Assembly (NCBI RefSeq): GCF_026571515.1
Contig: NW_026853413.1
Location: forward strand, 62,001 to 126,000
Origin: Ruditapes philippinarum
Lineage: Eukaryota
Direction of reading: 5' to 3'
DNA length: 64,000 bases
Part shown: positions 12,501 through 27,019 of the stretch, in pieces
Layout: the number at the start of each line of letters is the position of its first letter
Position numbering within the stretch: the stretch's first letter is position 1
The notes under the pieces: model-generated
The model's database searches: none
Told to the model about the DNA's origin: nothing
Seen by the model: only the letters and a program-made list of their open reading frames with translations
Made by a program: the position numbers and the translations under genes

Positions 12501-15073
12501 TAGAAAATTTAAATTTTGCAATGCATTAGAGGATGAATATCATTATTGAGTGTACACTTTACGCTGAGCTCAGGCGTCAGTACATAAATAGAAATTACTG
12601 GGTTCATCCAAATTATATTAAATTTGTAGGGGTTATCAATGCCAATGTAGTCGAAATAAAGATGTTAGCAGCTTTTATTTACTATGCATTTGAAAAAAGA
12701 ATATTCCTCCAGTTTAAGAAAGACAAAGAGAAAGAAAGTATAACATGTCATGTATCATACATACGGTTTAATATTGAAGAGCTTTCTGCATATCCCACCT
12801 TTGCTGTTTTTCTTAAACTTTTTGGGGTAATTTCTTGCTTTCTTTACCATCTCAATACTAAAAGATACATTGATACAATAATACAATATGATTTGTAGCT
12901 TACCAGTTGTAGTTAATACTTAGAAGAAACAATAGTAAAACACAACCGGTTAACTACAGTGTTCCGACATATTAATTATAGCTGTATCTGTTTATATTGT
13001 TTTAAATATTTTACGAGTATAAAAAACAAAGAATTATTTACTTTTAGGATTTTACTTACAGTGAAGTCCACATTATTGGACACTAACCACTAACACACAA
13101 TTTAGCCTACGTGAATAAAAATGGTATTGTATCACTGTTGAGATAAGTTTTACTTCTTATTTACATAGTAGTTATTTAGGCCGAATCTTACACAAAGAAA
13201 TTGTCACTCACAGTTCTTGATAGATAAATTCTCCGTCAAAAGACAGAAAGTTAGAGGATTCTGTTGGTAATGGGTAACATTTATCTACACTGTCAGGATC
13301 ATCGTATTTATTGCTCGCTGCTACATCAGACATTGCAGATATATTTGCTGATAATCCGAGAGTAATTATCACAAGCAGAAATGAAATGCCAGCCTGGATT
13401 GAAAAGCAAATAAACAACGAATAACTGAATTTTGTAGAAACAATAGGTAAAAATGCTGACAATAGAAGATCTCTAAAGAAATATAAAGCAAAACAATAAT
13501 ACCAGTAAGTGTGCTCGCAAAAATGTTTATCATAGACAATAAAAATTTCAACATTAAGATGTATTTTATTCTCTACAATAAAAGTATATCACGATATACC
13601 GGGGAAAATATAAGATATTGGCCTTCATATACGTCACTCGATATGCTATAATAATCATTGCTTACAACTACTACAAATTTTGAGTTTTTTTGGGTTTTTG
13701 TGAGGTTTTTTTGTTTTGTTTTTTTTTTTGTTTTTTTTTTTTGGGGGGGGGGGGTTGTTATTGTTTTTTCTTTGGGGGTATTGTTATTATTGTTTTGTTG
13801 TTCTGAAATAAATATTTTGAAACTTTTACTTTATGTGTAAAACAATAATTGTCCTTGTAGACAGGTGATCGGACATTTTTCACTTCACCCATCATTGTTA
13901 TATTTTTCAAGTAAATGAATATCCACATGATTTGCAGTTGCATACGGTGGCATAGAGGTGACATTTGCACTTTTATTTTATCTCGTGGCCACGACTTATT
14001 ATCTTGAGGCCTCAAGATATTATCTCGTGGCCACGACTTATTATCTCGTGGCCACGACTTATTATCTTGTGGCCTCAAGATATTATCTCGTAGCCACGAG
14101 TTATAAACTTGTGGCGACGACTTATTATCTTGTGGCCACGACATATTATCTTGAGGCCACGACTTATTATCTCGTGGCCTCAAGATATTATCTCGTGGCC
14201 ACGACTTATTATCTCGTGGCCACGACTTATTATCTTGTGGCCTCAAGATATTATCTTGTGGCCACGAGTTATTATCTCGTGGCCACGACTTATCATATTG
14301 AGGCCACAACTTACTATATTGAGGCCACGACTTATTATCTCGTGGCCACGAGTTATTATCTTGTGGCCACAACTTATTTCAGCCAATGAAAATGGACGTT
14401 TCATCTTGAACAAAAGTTAATATCACTTATTTAATTGGCTGTAATAAGTCGTGGCCACAAGATGATAAGTCGTGGACACGAAATAATAAGTCGTGGCCAC
14501 AAGATAATAACTCGTGGCCACGAGATAATATCTTGAGGCCACAAGATAATAAGTCGCGGCCACGACATAATATCTTGAGGCCACAATATAATAAGTTGTG
14601 GCCACGAGATAATAAGTCGTGGCCACGAGATAATATCTTGAGGCCACGAGATAATAAGTCGTGGCCACAAGATAATAAGTCGTGGCCACAAGATAATAAC
14701 TCGTGGCCACGAGATAATAAGTCGTGGCCACGAGATAATAAGTCGTGGCCACAAGATAGTAACTCGTGGCCACGAGTCAATATCTTGTGGCCACGAGATA
14801 ATAAGTCGTGGCCACAAGATAATAAGTCGTGGCCACGAGATATTATCTTGAGGCCTCAAGATAATAAGTCGTGGCCACGAGATAAAATAAAACTGCAAAT
14901 GTCACCTCTATGCCACCGTAGTTGCATATGTCAAGTTCTCGTGCCTAGAAATTTATGTGCAAATTAAAGTCGTTATATTACAGGCATGGTTATTTTAGTT
15001 ATTATTTACTTTTTGTGCAAAAGATTTCAACTTACGTGTATTTGTTCTGTAATTATCATCATTATCATTATTA

Positions 15074-15132
<59 letters not shown>

Positions 15133-15163
15133 ATAATTTAGGTATGAACAAAGAACTCACCAT
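9517..15163 (-). CDS. G2: Spaetzle-like/cystine-knot secreted protein, subfamily A, 240 aa, intact
   Basis: Coding exons 15163-15161 (ATG), 13393-13212, 12857-12765, 11531-11376, 10535-10358, 9627-9517; all GT-AG, 723 nt in frame. MAGISFLLVIITLGLSANISAMSDVAASNKYDDPDSVDKCYPLPTESSNFLSFDGEFIYQELIEMVKKARNYPKKFKKNSKGGICRKLFNIKPDMRRYYWQISCPYEVFWLGKFTWRFRTNLRYTETCYIVQPCLQQVRIVNCTSHFCDQRFRSPFCKVNNSICLENNFIPKRVLVFCIKTYRTVRGKVEQVNCSKTPHLCLKWVTIRVPQTCECWHCWDMFRTDPKMIPFYQKQQIGAV*. The gene model is well supported; the family label is inferred from motif spacing. Confidence 0.88.
10171..10298. other. Assembly gap (N run) in the last intron of G2
   Basis: 128 N characters. Confidence 0.99.
11860..12715 (+). 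mobile_element. 5'-truncated non-LTR retrotransposon (LINE ORF2 C-terminus), degenerate, inside a G2 intron, antisense to G2
   Basis: The 11872-12375 translation carries LVTPVMNYCSEVWG..IERAHLSFCKRLLGV..VYGETG..IIRYWLKL. Downstream frames give RLRVSSHRLEIETGRY and CNALEDEY/IIECTLYAELRRQYI. These motifs are typical of the post-RT region of CR1/L2/RTEX-like LINEs. Frameshifted. Confidence 0.85.
13943..14920. mobile_element. Non-autonomous foldback DNA transposon (IS3EU-like) with inverted arrays of 21-bp repeats
   Basis: TIRs TACGGTGGCATAGAGGTGACATTTGCA / TGCAAATGTCACCTCTATGCCACCGTA; 6-bp TSD GTTGCA (13937-13942, 14921-14926). Each arm carries about 20 copies of TTATCTCGTGGCCACGACTTA, in opposite orientations. 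Confidence 0.88.
15052..15130. repeat. (ATT/ATC)n microsatellite
   Basis: Direct inspection; lies 30 bp into the intron after the G2 ATG exon. Confidence 0.95.
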
Positions 15164-18100
15164 AATGACCAACTTGATTTTCCTGTATTATGTAAAATGT
15201 ATGCCGGTAAATGCTTTTATAATTCATTCAGAGGCATTAAATGGTAAATTGCTCTATGATTATGATATAATATAATTAGAGGTTCTCCGAGTGTCAAAGA
15301 AAATCTGGTTAATATATGTAATAGGGATTTAATGAATTTCTTATTTCTGTCAATGTTTGTGTAAGCATTTAAATAAAATTAATGTTGAAAACAAATGTCT
15401 TTTTCAAAAGATAGAAAAACATATTGAAAAGACACACATCTCTACCAAAGTAATGAAGATTACTTTACGATTCAATAATATGTAACTAATGTACGTATAC
15501 TGCTATTCAATGATGGATCTCTACTTTTCAAATTTTATATAATCTTTTAAAAAAAAAACATGTAAAAACTAATTTGATGTGAAAACTTACCAAAATTAAA
15601 TATTATTCACCTTGAAATATATTTTATTTTAATTAACATGTATAAAAATCACAATATACATGTAGTTGCATGCTTTAGATGTCATTTTAACTTAAATGTT
15701 AACATCTAATGTTTCATTTTCAAAACCACGCGGTGAACCTCTCTGACTATAAAATTTATTTTAGTTGCTGGCAACATATGTCCTCCTATCTGCTTTTAAG
15801 TATGTATTATGATTAATTATCTATGATTAATTAAATCTGGTAAGAGGTTTGTTTATAAGATTACCTCCAAGGATTATGTTATAGGAACGAAAATTACGTA
15901 CTCGTACACGCTATCAATGGCAACTAATTCTTTTTACCACAAAACTTCATCAAGTTAGTACTTAAAAGTCCTGTCACCATTCGTATGATAAAACATTTCC
16001 ACACGATGTCTATTCAAGATAAACTTTCTCCTCAAGTAAACTATTTCTAGAAAATACCAAATCAAGAAGGACGTACCGCTTACAGTCTTGCCAACAGGAG
16101 CGCAACAATTAGATACAGTGTCAAGTCAAGGAAAACATAACCATTAAATAAAACATTTTCACAGAATGTCAAATTAATTGATAGCTTCTACATTGACATT
16201 TAAAGATATAGACTGTCAATGGTAGCAGTCTAATAATTTCTATTTCAAAGGTGCCATGTCTCTTCAAGTTGAAGCATATCTGAGTAGTCAAACTTATTTC
16301 ATACACTTCAAACACTAAGTTATAATTAAAGGCAAAAAAATGCAATCAGAAACGTTAAAATAAAGCTGGTTTAAGTAATTATCAATTAAAGATTAGCAAG
16401 TCAATATGCATAATGATAGGAATAATTACTTACTTAAGTTTTACGTTTTCCTTGTGGTTTTCAATGCTGTCTGCTTTATCTGCATGGCCTTAACTTCAGA
16501 CCCTTAATTGTGAACATCAATATTAATTTATACAGAGCTAGCATTTATGGTAAACTAGATATAAACTGATTTTAGGTAGAAAGCAAGGAACTATGATACC
16601 GATGCCAAGTTTTTCCTACACAAGTTTGAAATCATCTGGTAATACCCATAGAGACAACATGAAAGACACATCTGACTGTGGCATAGGTTACGATAGATAA
16701 TCCCTATTGTGGAAAAGTAAATCTCCTTCTAGTGTCAAACAAGAGCAGGGAATCATGTCTTACATGTCTATTCTTATTTGTTTATTGATATTCACAAGTG
16801 TTAATATATCTATTGTGAACTTGTTTTGATAATACACAAGCTGAACATTATTTGAATGTACAAGAATCTAATAGATAGAAGAGATAATGTAGTGGTTATG
16901 GTTAAGGTGTCTGCTTCTTAACCCAGAAATATTTGATTCCATTACATATCATAATGCGTATTTACACATGTAATAATACAGAAAAACAGAATTCTTAAAG
17001 ATAGCCCAACACGGCAAAATTTAAAATGTTGCAGGCTCGGTTTGACTGCGCCTGTACATGGACGGTACTGGTACTGTGCAAGTTACCGCCTACACCCGCT
17101 AGCACCGGCTTTAGCCGAATTCAACATTAACACACGAAAATGGTTAACACTTGAAGTTGAATTAAAGAATTTAATGAGTAATTTAAAAGGGTTGAATTAT
17201 CTAGTTTTAAAGATCGTAGGATAAAGTATAGCCGACTTTCCTTAAAAAAATATTTTGAAATATATTAATACAAAAACTATCCATAGCACCCGTGTTTGTT
17301 ACTTGGTTTTCTTGGATTTTAAGTTTCACCAACATTTAGGTAATGTGACAACTTACTGGTGAAAGAAGACCCCAAGACTTTTAATTAATAATGACAGACA
17401 TAATCTTTACTTCAACAAATAAGCATTCGAAATGACGCCAGTGTCATGATATGAAAAAATAAGTGAAGGTTTACTTTTAAAATATGACACACCAAATGCT
17501 GCTGTTTGGTTCGGGAGAAGTAGAATTTCATTTTTTTAATCTTTTTTGTTGTTTTTTTTTTGTTTTTTGTTTGTTTTTTTTGGTTTTTGTACTCCAGACT
17601 GCAATGTACCGAAACTATGTGAACATCTTTGGTAGAAATTCATGCAAATTTCATTTTTGGTCAAGTCCTTACCGAGCAGATGTCATTAGACACACATGAG
17701 GACGACGGACGGACGAATAGCCACCGGGCTCATAAGCTCGCCAGGTGAGTTGAGATTAATGATTTTAAGGTCTATGAATCATTCATACAATTTACCTTGT
17801 ATCTACAGAAGCAGCGGTTTTGTAAATGTCAGGGTCTAAACTGTAACCAAATCAGGTAAAAAGAATCACTGTTGCTTGGTGTATACTGTAACACTGAGAA
17901 ATTCACCTCGCTCTTTACTGTAACATTGTTTATTTATTCAAACGCGTTTGACGAAAAGGAAAATGGGTTCAACCGGTCATTTAACATAAACGTTTCTGAA
18001 CACAAACGATTAACGTTTTGTATGTTTAATTTTTGTAAACATGCTCAAATAATTTCAGAATGGTATACAAATGCGTTGTTTTTTTTAAACTGTCAAATAA

Positions 18101-18463
18101 CCAATATAGAGATGATGCTGCGTTGCAAGGTTTGAGAAAATATATGACAAGATGTCGAATCTTGTTCATTGTAAGCGAAGCACAAAAAACATCTTTAAGA
18201 AACTAAACTACTGGTAGTATGGACCGAAATAAAATCACATACCCTTCCGCAAATAACCCTCAAATTTTAAAATTCTATACTTTAACCGGAAAGCGCGATA
18301 CTTTAACACCCTCTCTACGGTGTGAATGCTAACCATGTGAAAGTAGGCCTCAGAAAAACATCAAGTTTGTTAAACGTTTTAAGTTGCAGATAAAAAAAGC
18401 GAACTCTATTTTGTTACTTTATATAATTTTGGGTTACAATTTTCACAAAAAAATGGAAATATT

Positions 18464-21400
18464 TCATTTCTTTCCTCGTTGCGCAGCCTCATAGCGAGAA
18501 ATCATACTAGGGTCGGTGCGGTACATGTCCCAGCAAGACCAACACTCACAGGTCTGTGGTACTCGAATAGTTACCTGTCAAAATAAGCATTCAGTAAAAG
18601 CTATTGTAATTAATTTAAACTGCCGTTCATGTTTTATTATTATTATTGCAGTATTTAAGAATATGATACTTTCTTGTGTTCTGTCCATTTTTACCATAGT
18701 CCTTATTACAAATAGTGTGAATTGTTCGACATAAATAAAACCTTTTTAAATAATATATTTATTGCATGACATACATGTATAATACAGAAAAATGATTTGT
18801 ATAGTAATCGTTATCGTAATCAATATATCCTTCACTGAAGACAGATATGGTATTTACCTTTTTCAGACAGAAATGTGGAAACATCCTGCAGTTAACCTCT
18901 TCCCATTTCCCCTTTGTCTTCTTGTGAGTATGAATACAAAACGCAAGGACTTTTTTGTATTCGACGAAATTACTCTCTAAACACACAGAATTTTCGACGT
19001 GTGGGTGTGGTGTATGGCACCGTATCTTACATTCCGTTCTTTAAATAAAGAAATTACAGTTTGATTACTTATTGTTCTATCACATGGTTTGAATTTGTAC
19101 CAGTAGTTAAATCTATACGTAATATTAATTATCTAATAATAAAGAAACACTGTATTTGACGTATTTATAATGGCCCTGTAATGTTTTAATATATTGTTAC
19201 TGAAACATTTTACCTTCAGGAATGTTCTCAAAGCTTTGTTTTTTGTCCTTGCTCTATCTTAAATACTGTAAAAATTCTCAATTAAGACCACCATTGGGAC
19301 TCGAACAGAGTGGTTTTAATTGTGGGCTGGTCTTAATTGTGAATATTTTTATCATTGCTTACATAATTTACGACTATGGTCTATTTTAGTTATTTTGTCT
19401 GAACAAAACAATATTTATCTTAAGTTAATAACCTACAAATACAATATATGTTATAACATTTAATCAGATAAAAGCAAAACATTTTTCTGAAGAAATTTAA
19501 TGTTTAATTTTGTTTGGTCTGATTTGTATATAATTAGTTAAATAGGTTGTTGCTACCACACGAAATAATATACAAATTGTATATAGTATAAGGGATAATA
19601 TAGAATTTTTAACTTTGAACATGTCTATTAACAGTGAGAGGGAAACTCTACTGTTTTACTTAATGGAAACAATTTCAACCTTGTTATCAGAAAACTTCGT
19701 TCATTTTGCATATGATGAATTACGTCATCAGTTTTCCTGTGATTTAATTTATTGCGGCTGGTTTACTACAAATTATATATCCAATTTTTCGACACAAATG
19801 TGTTTTTTGTTTTTTTTTGGGGGGGGGGGGTTTCGCATCTTTGCGGTCTGTTTACGCATGCGCATATGTTTTACACACATGTCATTTGCCATCGCTGAGG
19901 ATGTTGGTACAAATACATGAAATCACATTATGTAAGCTCTCTCTGAGTCACTTATGAGTACAGCAACAATGCAAAATAAATTGCCGAATTGAAAAAGAAA
20001 AAATCGAAAATACATTTGTGTTTTTCACAATGTCGAATTTATGGCGGGGAGCAAAATATGACATGGAGTAAATCAGCCAATTTGGTTTAAAGTATTTCAA
20101 ATCTGTTTTTTTGTGTGTGTGAAATAATCAAAGAACAAAACCCTAATGATTAGCAGATCTAATATTTGTCAGGCCATGTTCTTATAATTTCAATTTAGGC
20201 TCTAATTTTTCAATATGAAGATGAGAATGAACTCGATATAATTTAGCCAACAACATTATTTTCTAGTGTAACATAAGTGTTATATCGTTTATGTGTCCTA
20301 CATGTAATAACCAGTTGCATCATAGTTTGGAGACCATTCTGTTGAAAATTTAGATAGATTACTCATACATGCCTAGTGAGTGTAGGTATTATTTACCCGC
20401 ACTCGAGTTGCCACACTGTCTGTCTTGGATACAAATAAAGCGTAACCGTTATATGTTTTGTTATTGGGTTTACTAATTGTGACGACCATGAAAGGAAAAA
20501 CAATGCAGATGCTCGTAAATTGGTTTTTTCCGGGGAATCATGTTGTGACAATAGGGAACGTGTTTCTATTTTGCCTATGATACCAAAAAGAAAGAACATC
20601 AAAATACTCGGCAATCTGATTTACACTCGGGGTCTAACAAATCAGATACCCTCGTGTTTCGATGCTCTTTCTATTTCTTATATTTCGATAAAACAATTGT
20701 ATATTAAATACGTACGAAGTACAGTTGACAATTCTAATTTGTTCTCTGCACGGATACAGAATGTAGCAGGTTTCTGTCAGGAAAGGATTTGTTGGTATTT
20801 TCCTGGTGAACTTGCTCAGCCAGTGTACTGTGTACGGACATGCTATCTCCCAGTAATATCTTCTCATGTCTCTGTAGATAGTGGAACAAAATAAAACAAT
20901 AATGTACATGATGAAATCATCTCCTTCCATGTTACATTTCATAGATTTTTTCTTATATCTAGCTGTTATTAGATCTATTACTATATGTTCTCCGAACTTG
21001 AAATACGGGAGTCATTCAATAGGTCGTGTTAGCTTATCTAAGTGAATTTTGGAAAGGGGAGACGCCATATTAGCAACGAATACATACACAAACCGTTAAA
21101 ATGTTTAGACTTGTTTGTAATTGTGTCTATAAATTTAGGAGTAATAAGAGTGACAAATGTGACAAACATATAACAGTCACTCCATAAAGAGTTTATTTTT
21201 CTCAAAACTGATATAAACTTACGGTTTGAGTTGAGCTATTTTTTGACATGATCTGTCCTTGAAGTTACTTCTAAATTTTTTCGGAAGATTTCTTGCTCTC
21301 TTTATATATTCCCACCTACAGTGCACAGATGTCATCATTTTAATCATAAAACATTAAAATTGAATATTAATTTATATCTCAAGTTAAATACTTTAAATAT

Positions 21401-23317
21401 ACATGTATGTATGAATGTACAAGTATACATTTACACTCAGCCACATGAATAGAAAAAAAAAATAACTTCAGTGTATGCACAAGAGAAAGTTTAGAATGTT
21501 ATTCAAGTAAAATCGTAGAACATCAATCAGTATTATTACTAAGAATCATAATATCTCCGGTGTATTTAGGTATTTTACAAGCAATATTCGTTATTTGTTT
21601 TGATACATTATTCCTTACCATACTGAGTCAATCAGTGTTCCATCAAAACTAATGATACTAGATGATTCTGTTGGTTTAGGGTTACATGGGTCAACGGTAA
21701 GAGGATCATTGTATTTCAATACAGTTGCAACCTGTAGTTTATTTACTTCCTGTGCTGATACGCCTACATGTAAGCTTAGGAACGTGATGATACACAAATA
21801 CAGGAGGATCTGAAGACAAGAAACAAGACCGTATACATACATTTGATAAATTGCTGTGAATAAAGTTTACTTTGTTGTCACATAATCAAGAAAGGTACTG
21901 TCACATTTAAACGTTAGTGTATTATTTTGTCATATAGCACTAGTTAATTAAAAGATGTAAATGTTTCTTATAGGATATAAATGTACATGAACCTGAAATG
22001 ATTTTAATCATTAGAGCGTTTGTCGTAGTTTCAATGATGAAATAATATTCAAAATTCAAATATGTTTGTCTAATGTTTCTATGGTTTCAATGCTTAACAC
22101 ATTAAAATATAGATCGATAACGCATTGAGACGTACCATTGTCTTGTATTTACGGTTGTCTAAAGCAAGAAATTAATATAATATTCTTAACAACATGTGTA
22201 TGCAGTCCACTTTGGTTTTGATAAATTGATGCAATGTGTTATGCGCATGTCCTTTTTCAAAAACGATGATAAGATATCACTTCAAAAATGAAAAATATAT
22301 TTTCTTAGCAAGATTCGAACCTTAAGGTTTTAGTTTTAATATCTTGCATATTACCTTTGCAGGTAGCATGGCACGTGACACATATGTAATACACATGATT
22401 CAAGTATGTCGGAGGCTGTCATCATGGAGTATATAATATTTCAATCACTTAAGCTAATGTTGCCAAACAAATTGTTGGTTACTTTAGTTGAAGTGATCAT
22501 TTTAGAAGAATAGGCGTATGTTTTCTCTTTTTTCTTATAATCAAATTCGAATAAGATTTAAGCGATAACAACTAACACCTTATTTAGTCGGAATCTAAAA
22601 GGTCAACGATGACAACATGAAGTAGAATATGACAATAAACTATATCTTACAGCAAATGCATTCTTAAAATGCTAGTGAAAAATATGGAACTAAATTTCAT
22701 ATCAGAAACAAAGCCTTAAGGTGTTATTGTGAAATCTCAAGCAAAACATTGACATGTTGATTGTGATTAACAGTTAACATATTATATGCTCCTTAATTAA
22801 TTAATTAATTAATTAATTTATCAAATGATATATCAATATTTACAGTATGTGAAATACAGTGATTAACAAAAATACAACAGTGTGAGAAGGTATCTCCACT
22901 GAGGTCAAAAACCCTAAAACCATAAAATTTGAATTTCTTACACAGGTCAAATTGGGCACTTAAAACAGACAGGTATGCAAAAGATAATTAAGTTTCTCAA
23001 TTTCATATCATTTTCACGATTAAAATATCCATTCTGGGGAAAAAACACGGCGTGAGCAAATGATATTAAAGTTTGCACTCTACACCTACATGTAATGAAA
23101 TATAAATATTGAAAAAAATATTTCCAGTCTCGTCATGTCGGGAAAAAAACTCAATGGAGTACCTCTAAGCCACTTGTTTTGTATAGTACTTGTATCTCTT
23201 CAAAGATGTTTTGTTCAATTATGTAATAAAACTTTGTTCTAAACGTATACCAACTATCCGAACTAAACAGGTGTGGCTAATTTAAGGATTAAAGAAAATA
23301 ACACCTACCATCTTCAT
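18464..23317 (-). CDS. G3: Spaetzle-like/cystine-knot secreted protein, subfamily A, ~244-246 aa, intact
   Basis: Exons 23317-23309 (MKM), 21809-21619 (ILLYLCIITFLSLHVGVSA...DPCNPKPTESS...SVW), 21315-21223 (WEYIKRARNLPKKFRSNFKDRSCQKIAQLKP), 20871-20716 (DMRRYYWEIACPY...CYILYPCREQIRIVNCTS), 19038-18858 (TECKIRC...VCLESNF...FCIH...NCRMFPHFCLKK), 18574-18464 (VTIRVPQTCECWSCWDMYRTDPSMISRYEAAQRGKK*). GT-AG and in frame. Confidence 0.88.
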
Positions 23318-23723
23318 TGTTGTTTAAGCTCTGAAATAAAATTAAATAATATATGTAAATAATATATTCTCCAAAATCATGTAAACTGATTATTTTGTGC
23401 TACAACTTTTGTTCATGTACCATGATATTGTTTTTCACTTATACTATACAAATGTTTGTAAAATGACTATGAACTAAATGTATACGTCAAAAAATTATCT
23501 ATTTATCTAATAAATCATATAATTTATCATTTTATTTAACAAAACTTTTGTTCACATAGTGCTAATACAGACAGCACTAAATCTTAATTCAAATTTCACT
23601 AATTTTAGGTTTGGTGTGCAAAAGACCTTTGTCTAGGTATATTTTTTTTCGTTAGCTGAAAAAAAACTAATATTTACCTGACCTGAGATTAAGCCAACAT
23701 TACAGATATGACAGTTAACTTTC

Positions 23724-23764
23724 TTTTTATATTGATTGTTGTCTCTCACCAGATGATAGGTTCG
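23724..23764 (-). promoter_or_regulatory. Putative G3 core promoter: CGAACCT motif + TATA box
   Basis: AGGTTCG at 23758-23764; TATAAAAA on - at 23731-23724; candidate donor CAG|gtaaat near 23677. Confidence 0.55.
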
Positions 23765-26700
23765 GCGTGAGTCAATTTGGTATCACTTTACGCCAGAACT
23801 TTATACATGTTGATGTCAAATCTTTACAATCAAAAACAAAACAAAAATATTGTGAAGGTTAAGAGTTATTCTAAATGTTATGATATAGAGCCTCAATAAT
23901 TTAACAGTCTTCTGTATATAAAGTATAACATTCCACGAATATGAAATATGTAAACATATATATTTAATAAAGAGCGCATAAAACGGCAACATTGAAAATG
24001 TTAAAGCTCGGCATAAGTGGCCTGTTCATGTAAGGTAGTGTAAGTGGATAGTACAGGCTTATGTACAAATCCACATTTCTTGTTTGATATTAAGCAAACA
24101 TTACCTGTATATAAAATAAGGAACCGTTAACTAACTTATGCAAAGAAAACATGAATCTTATTTCAAAGCAACAGAAACAGTGTAACTAATTAAATATTAG
24201 AATCATCAGTTTAATATTAATATATCATTATTGGAAACGGATTTTGTATATATAAAAACAAAAACACACGTATTTTTTATGATTTTTTGTTCGTCGCACC
24301 TCCTTGCTGTGGTTGATAAGAAAAAGTATACTTCATGATAATCTTATGCGACATGTGTTATTTCGACAGTACCAGATGTGGTTATGTGTTTAATGTTGTG
24401 TGTAAAACACATATAGTTAAGTCGTGTGTTTATGTATACAAATAAAGAGAGAGCTTATAGATTACAGGAATAACACATGATGAAAACTCTGCTCATTAAT
24501 AACAGCTCATTAATTACCGTGTAAATCTTGCATTAGTCATATATAGGTTGGTAGGTGTACTCTTAAGTCTTAAGTGGCCATACCACGTGACTTTTAGAAT
24601 ACGGTACACGCAGATTTTTCTCTCGATCAAGGTATGTTTTTTATTAATAACTTTGCTGTTACTCAACCGATTTTGATCAGATAAGGCGCAGAGTACCCGT
24701 AATTTTATAAGCGACACACGGTAATGGCTTTTGAGAACATTCGAGTACAGTTATTTTATCAGTGCCGAGGCCGAGGGGAAAGGTACACAGTAATTTATCA
24801 CAAAAAGCGATTTCTAGAATGTTTTCTGTGTTTTTTGTCAATGTTTCATTGAGAAATTAATGCTAAATCTAACTATGTCCAATGTATCTAGTGAATGCAG
24901 TGATGTTATAGCATAATTTCATGAAGTTATGTTGAAAAGGTACGGAACACACTGTAATTTTGAAGGATACGTTTCACGCAAATTTTCTTTTTGAAATAAA
25001 TCTGTAAAAAAATATATATGAAAACTTGCTTTTACATTTTACTTATAATATGAGTATTTTTTTATCTATTTTTTTTTGTCGTTGATTTTTAATTTACATA
25101 TCTTATATATTTACAAGAGAAGCCTCTAGGCCTGTTAGTGTTTTGTTGATAAATATATGAAAAATCTTTATGGCTTACTCTTGCTGTTATTTTAAATTAA
25201 TGCAATGCTGTTTTTAGCAATAGTTCATTAAGTTATAATGAAATGCTACAGAACACAGTGAAGTGATTTGAAATACATGCACTGTAGGGAGGGATACCGA
25301 GAACATTCTAATTATGTTCTGTTTTGTTTTTCATTTGTAACAATTATTTATACTTTTTGCTGATTATAAAACAAATTGTTGAATACATGGACATCTGTTA
25401 TGTACCGTTATTTTTTCATTTAATTTATTTATTCCAGTACATAAATGACTGTCTTAACCTTTCGGCTGATAGTGCATGTATAGATAAGGAACGAACTAGT
25501 AGTTTAGAGTAAGTTAGAAATATATGTTCTTTGCAAAAGTTTGTTTAAGTAATCCAATTTGAGCAGAACGCTGACTGGGATGCAAGTGTTTTTTTTTTTC
25601 ATACAGTCAATATGTAAAGTATTTTTCTGTCCAATGACATTTGGTATGAATCACCTGTCAAGGTCCCAAACTAACTACCTAAATAATAAAATTATTCAAA
25701 AATGGACAGAGATATATGTAATCAAAATTTAAAGCCAGATAACTTTACGAACCCATATGGGCAAAAAGATTGTTCTATTACGTCATTTACGAGTAGTTTG
25801 GTAAAGGTATAACGGTGTCATATACATGTTTGACCTTTTGGTCCAAGTAAGTGCTAGGTGCACTCCTGAACCTCGAGCCTCATGTGGTTGTTGGGAGGCA
25901 AGAGTACCACCTTCACGGTAGGCTCTATGCACAGGCGTCAGACACATCAGTACCATCATCTTCAGTACTAAGTTAAATAATAATAGTAATAATAATCAAA
26001 AGAAAATAGGAAGGTAAAGGACATTATAAAAAAAAACATTTTTATCTTCTGAATGTCCTTATGAACATGTAAGAAGCTAGATGTGTTTGTTGCATATGAG
26101 AGGTAAGCATCGCCGAATAAAAGTATAGAGATATATTTCGTAAACTGTCAAGAAGATTAGCACGTTGGGCATTAAAGCGTTGACACTTAAAGAAGTAATG
26201 GCACGTGTGTTCAATTTTCCCACATTCGCAAAGAGGACTGTCTATAATATTTTTTTTAAATAAATGCTCCTCTAGTGAACAACAGTGGGTCCTTAGTCTT
26301 GTGTGATATATTTGATCAGTTCTCGAACCAATATAATAGTACTTCCGGATCGGTTATGAATTTAAATTTAACTTACTATTAAAGATACTTAAGGATGAAG
26401 AGTTTTGCAAGGAAGTCAAAATACTACTTTGTTTACATTTTGATTCTTAAATAACAAATAATTCAGTGTGTGCTTAATTTTCGTCTAGTGATAGTATCTA
26501 ACATGCAAATGTATTCTTTTGCTAAGCATAATGTGCCATTGCCAATATACGATAACATATAAAAATATATTTTATTCTCATTTTAATTTGTAACAAATTC
26601 AATACATGTTAGCATATGAGCATATAATCCCTTCCCAACCCCTTACCCCACTACCCCAACCCCTATAAAGGGCATTCAGATAAACGGAGACATGCAAGCC

Positions 26701-27019
26701 TGATTCAAGCCAGGGTGTTTTAAATACAAACAAGACCCTGTTTGATAACAATAATTGTGCAACAGACCAATCAACGTTAATGTGATCACAGTAAAAACCC
26801 ATGTTATACCAGGGCAACCTACTTTCTTCTTTAAGGTTACTTTTACAAGTGTATATGTGAAATGTGCTCGTAAGACCATAACAACATTTATCTTATAATC
26901 GGATTATTTCTATGCTTATATCGTTAAGCTAGTTTATTTTGAACCATTATCAAGGATATTATTGTGTGTGACAATCACACTTGGTTATCTGCCAACTTTT
27001 GCTTTCTGCTTTAACAGGA

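Noticed and set aside
13758-14967. Six to seven long repetitive ORFs (WPRDNKS, YYLVATT, etc.) and a CRISPR-like look
   Set aside because: By-products of a stop-poor 21-bp tandem unit inside a TIR/TSD-bounded transposon; there are no unique spacers, no cas genes, and the context is eukaryotic.
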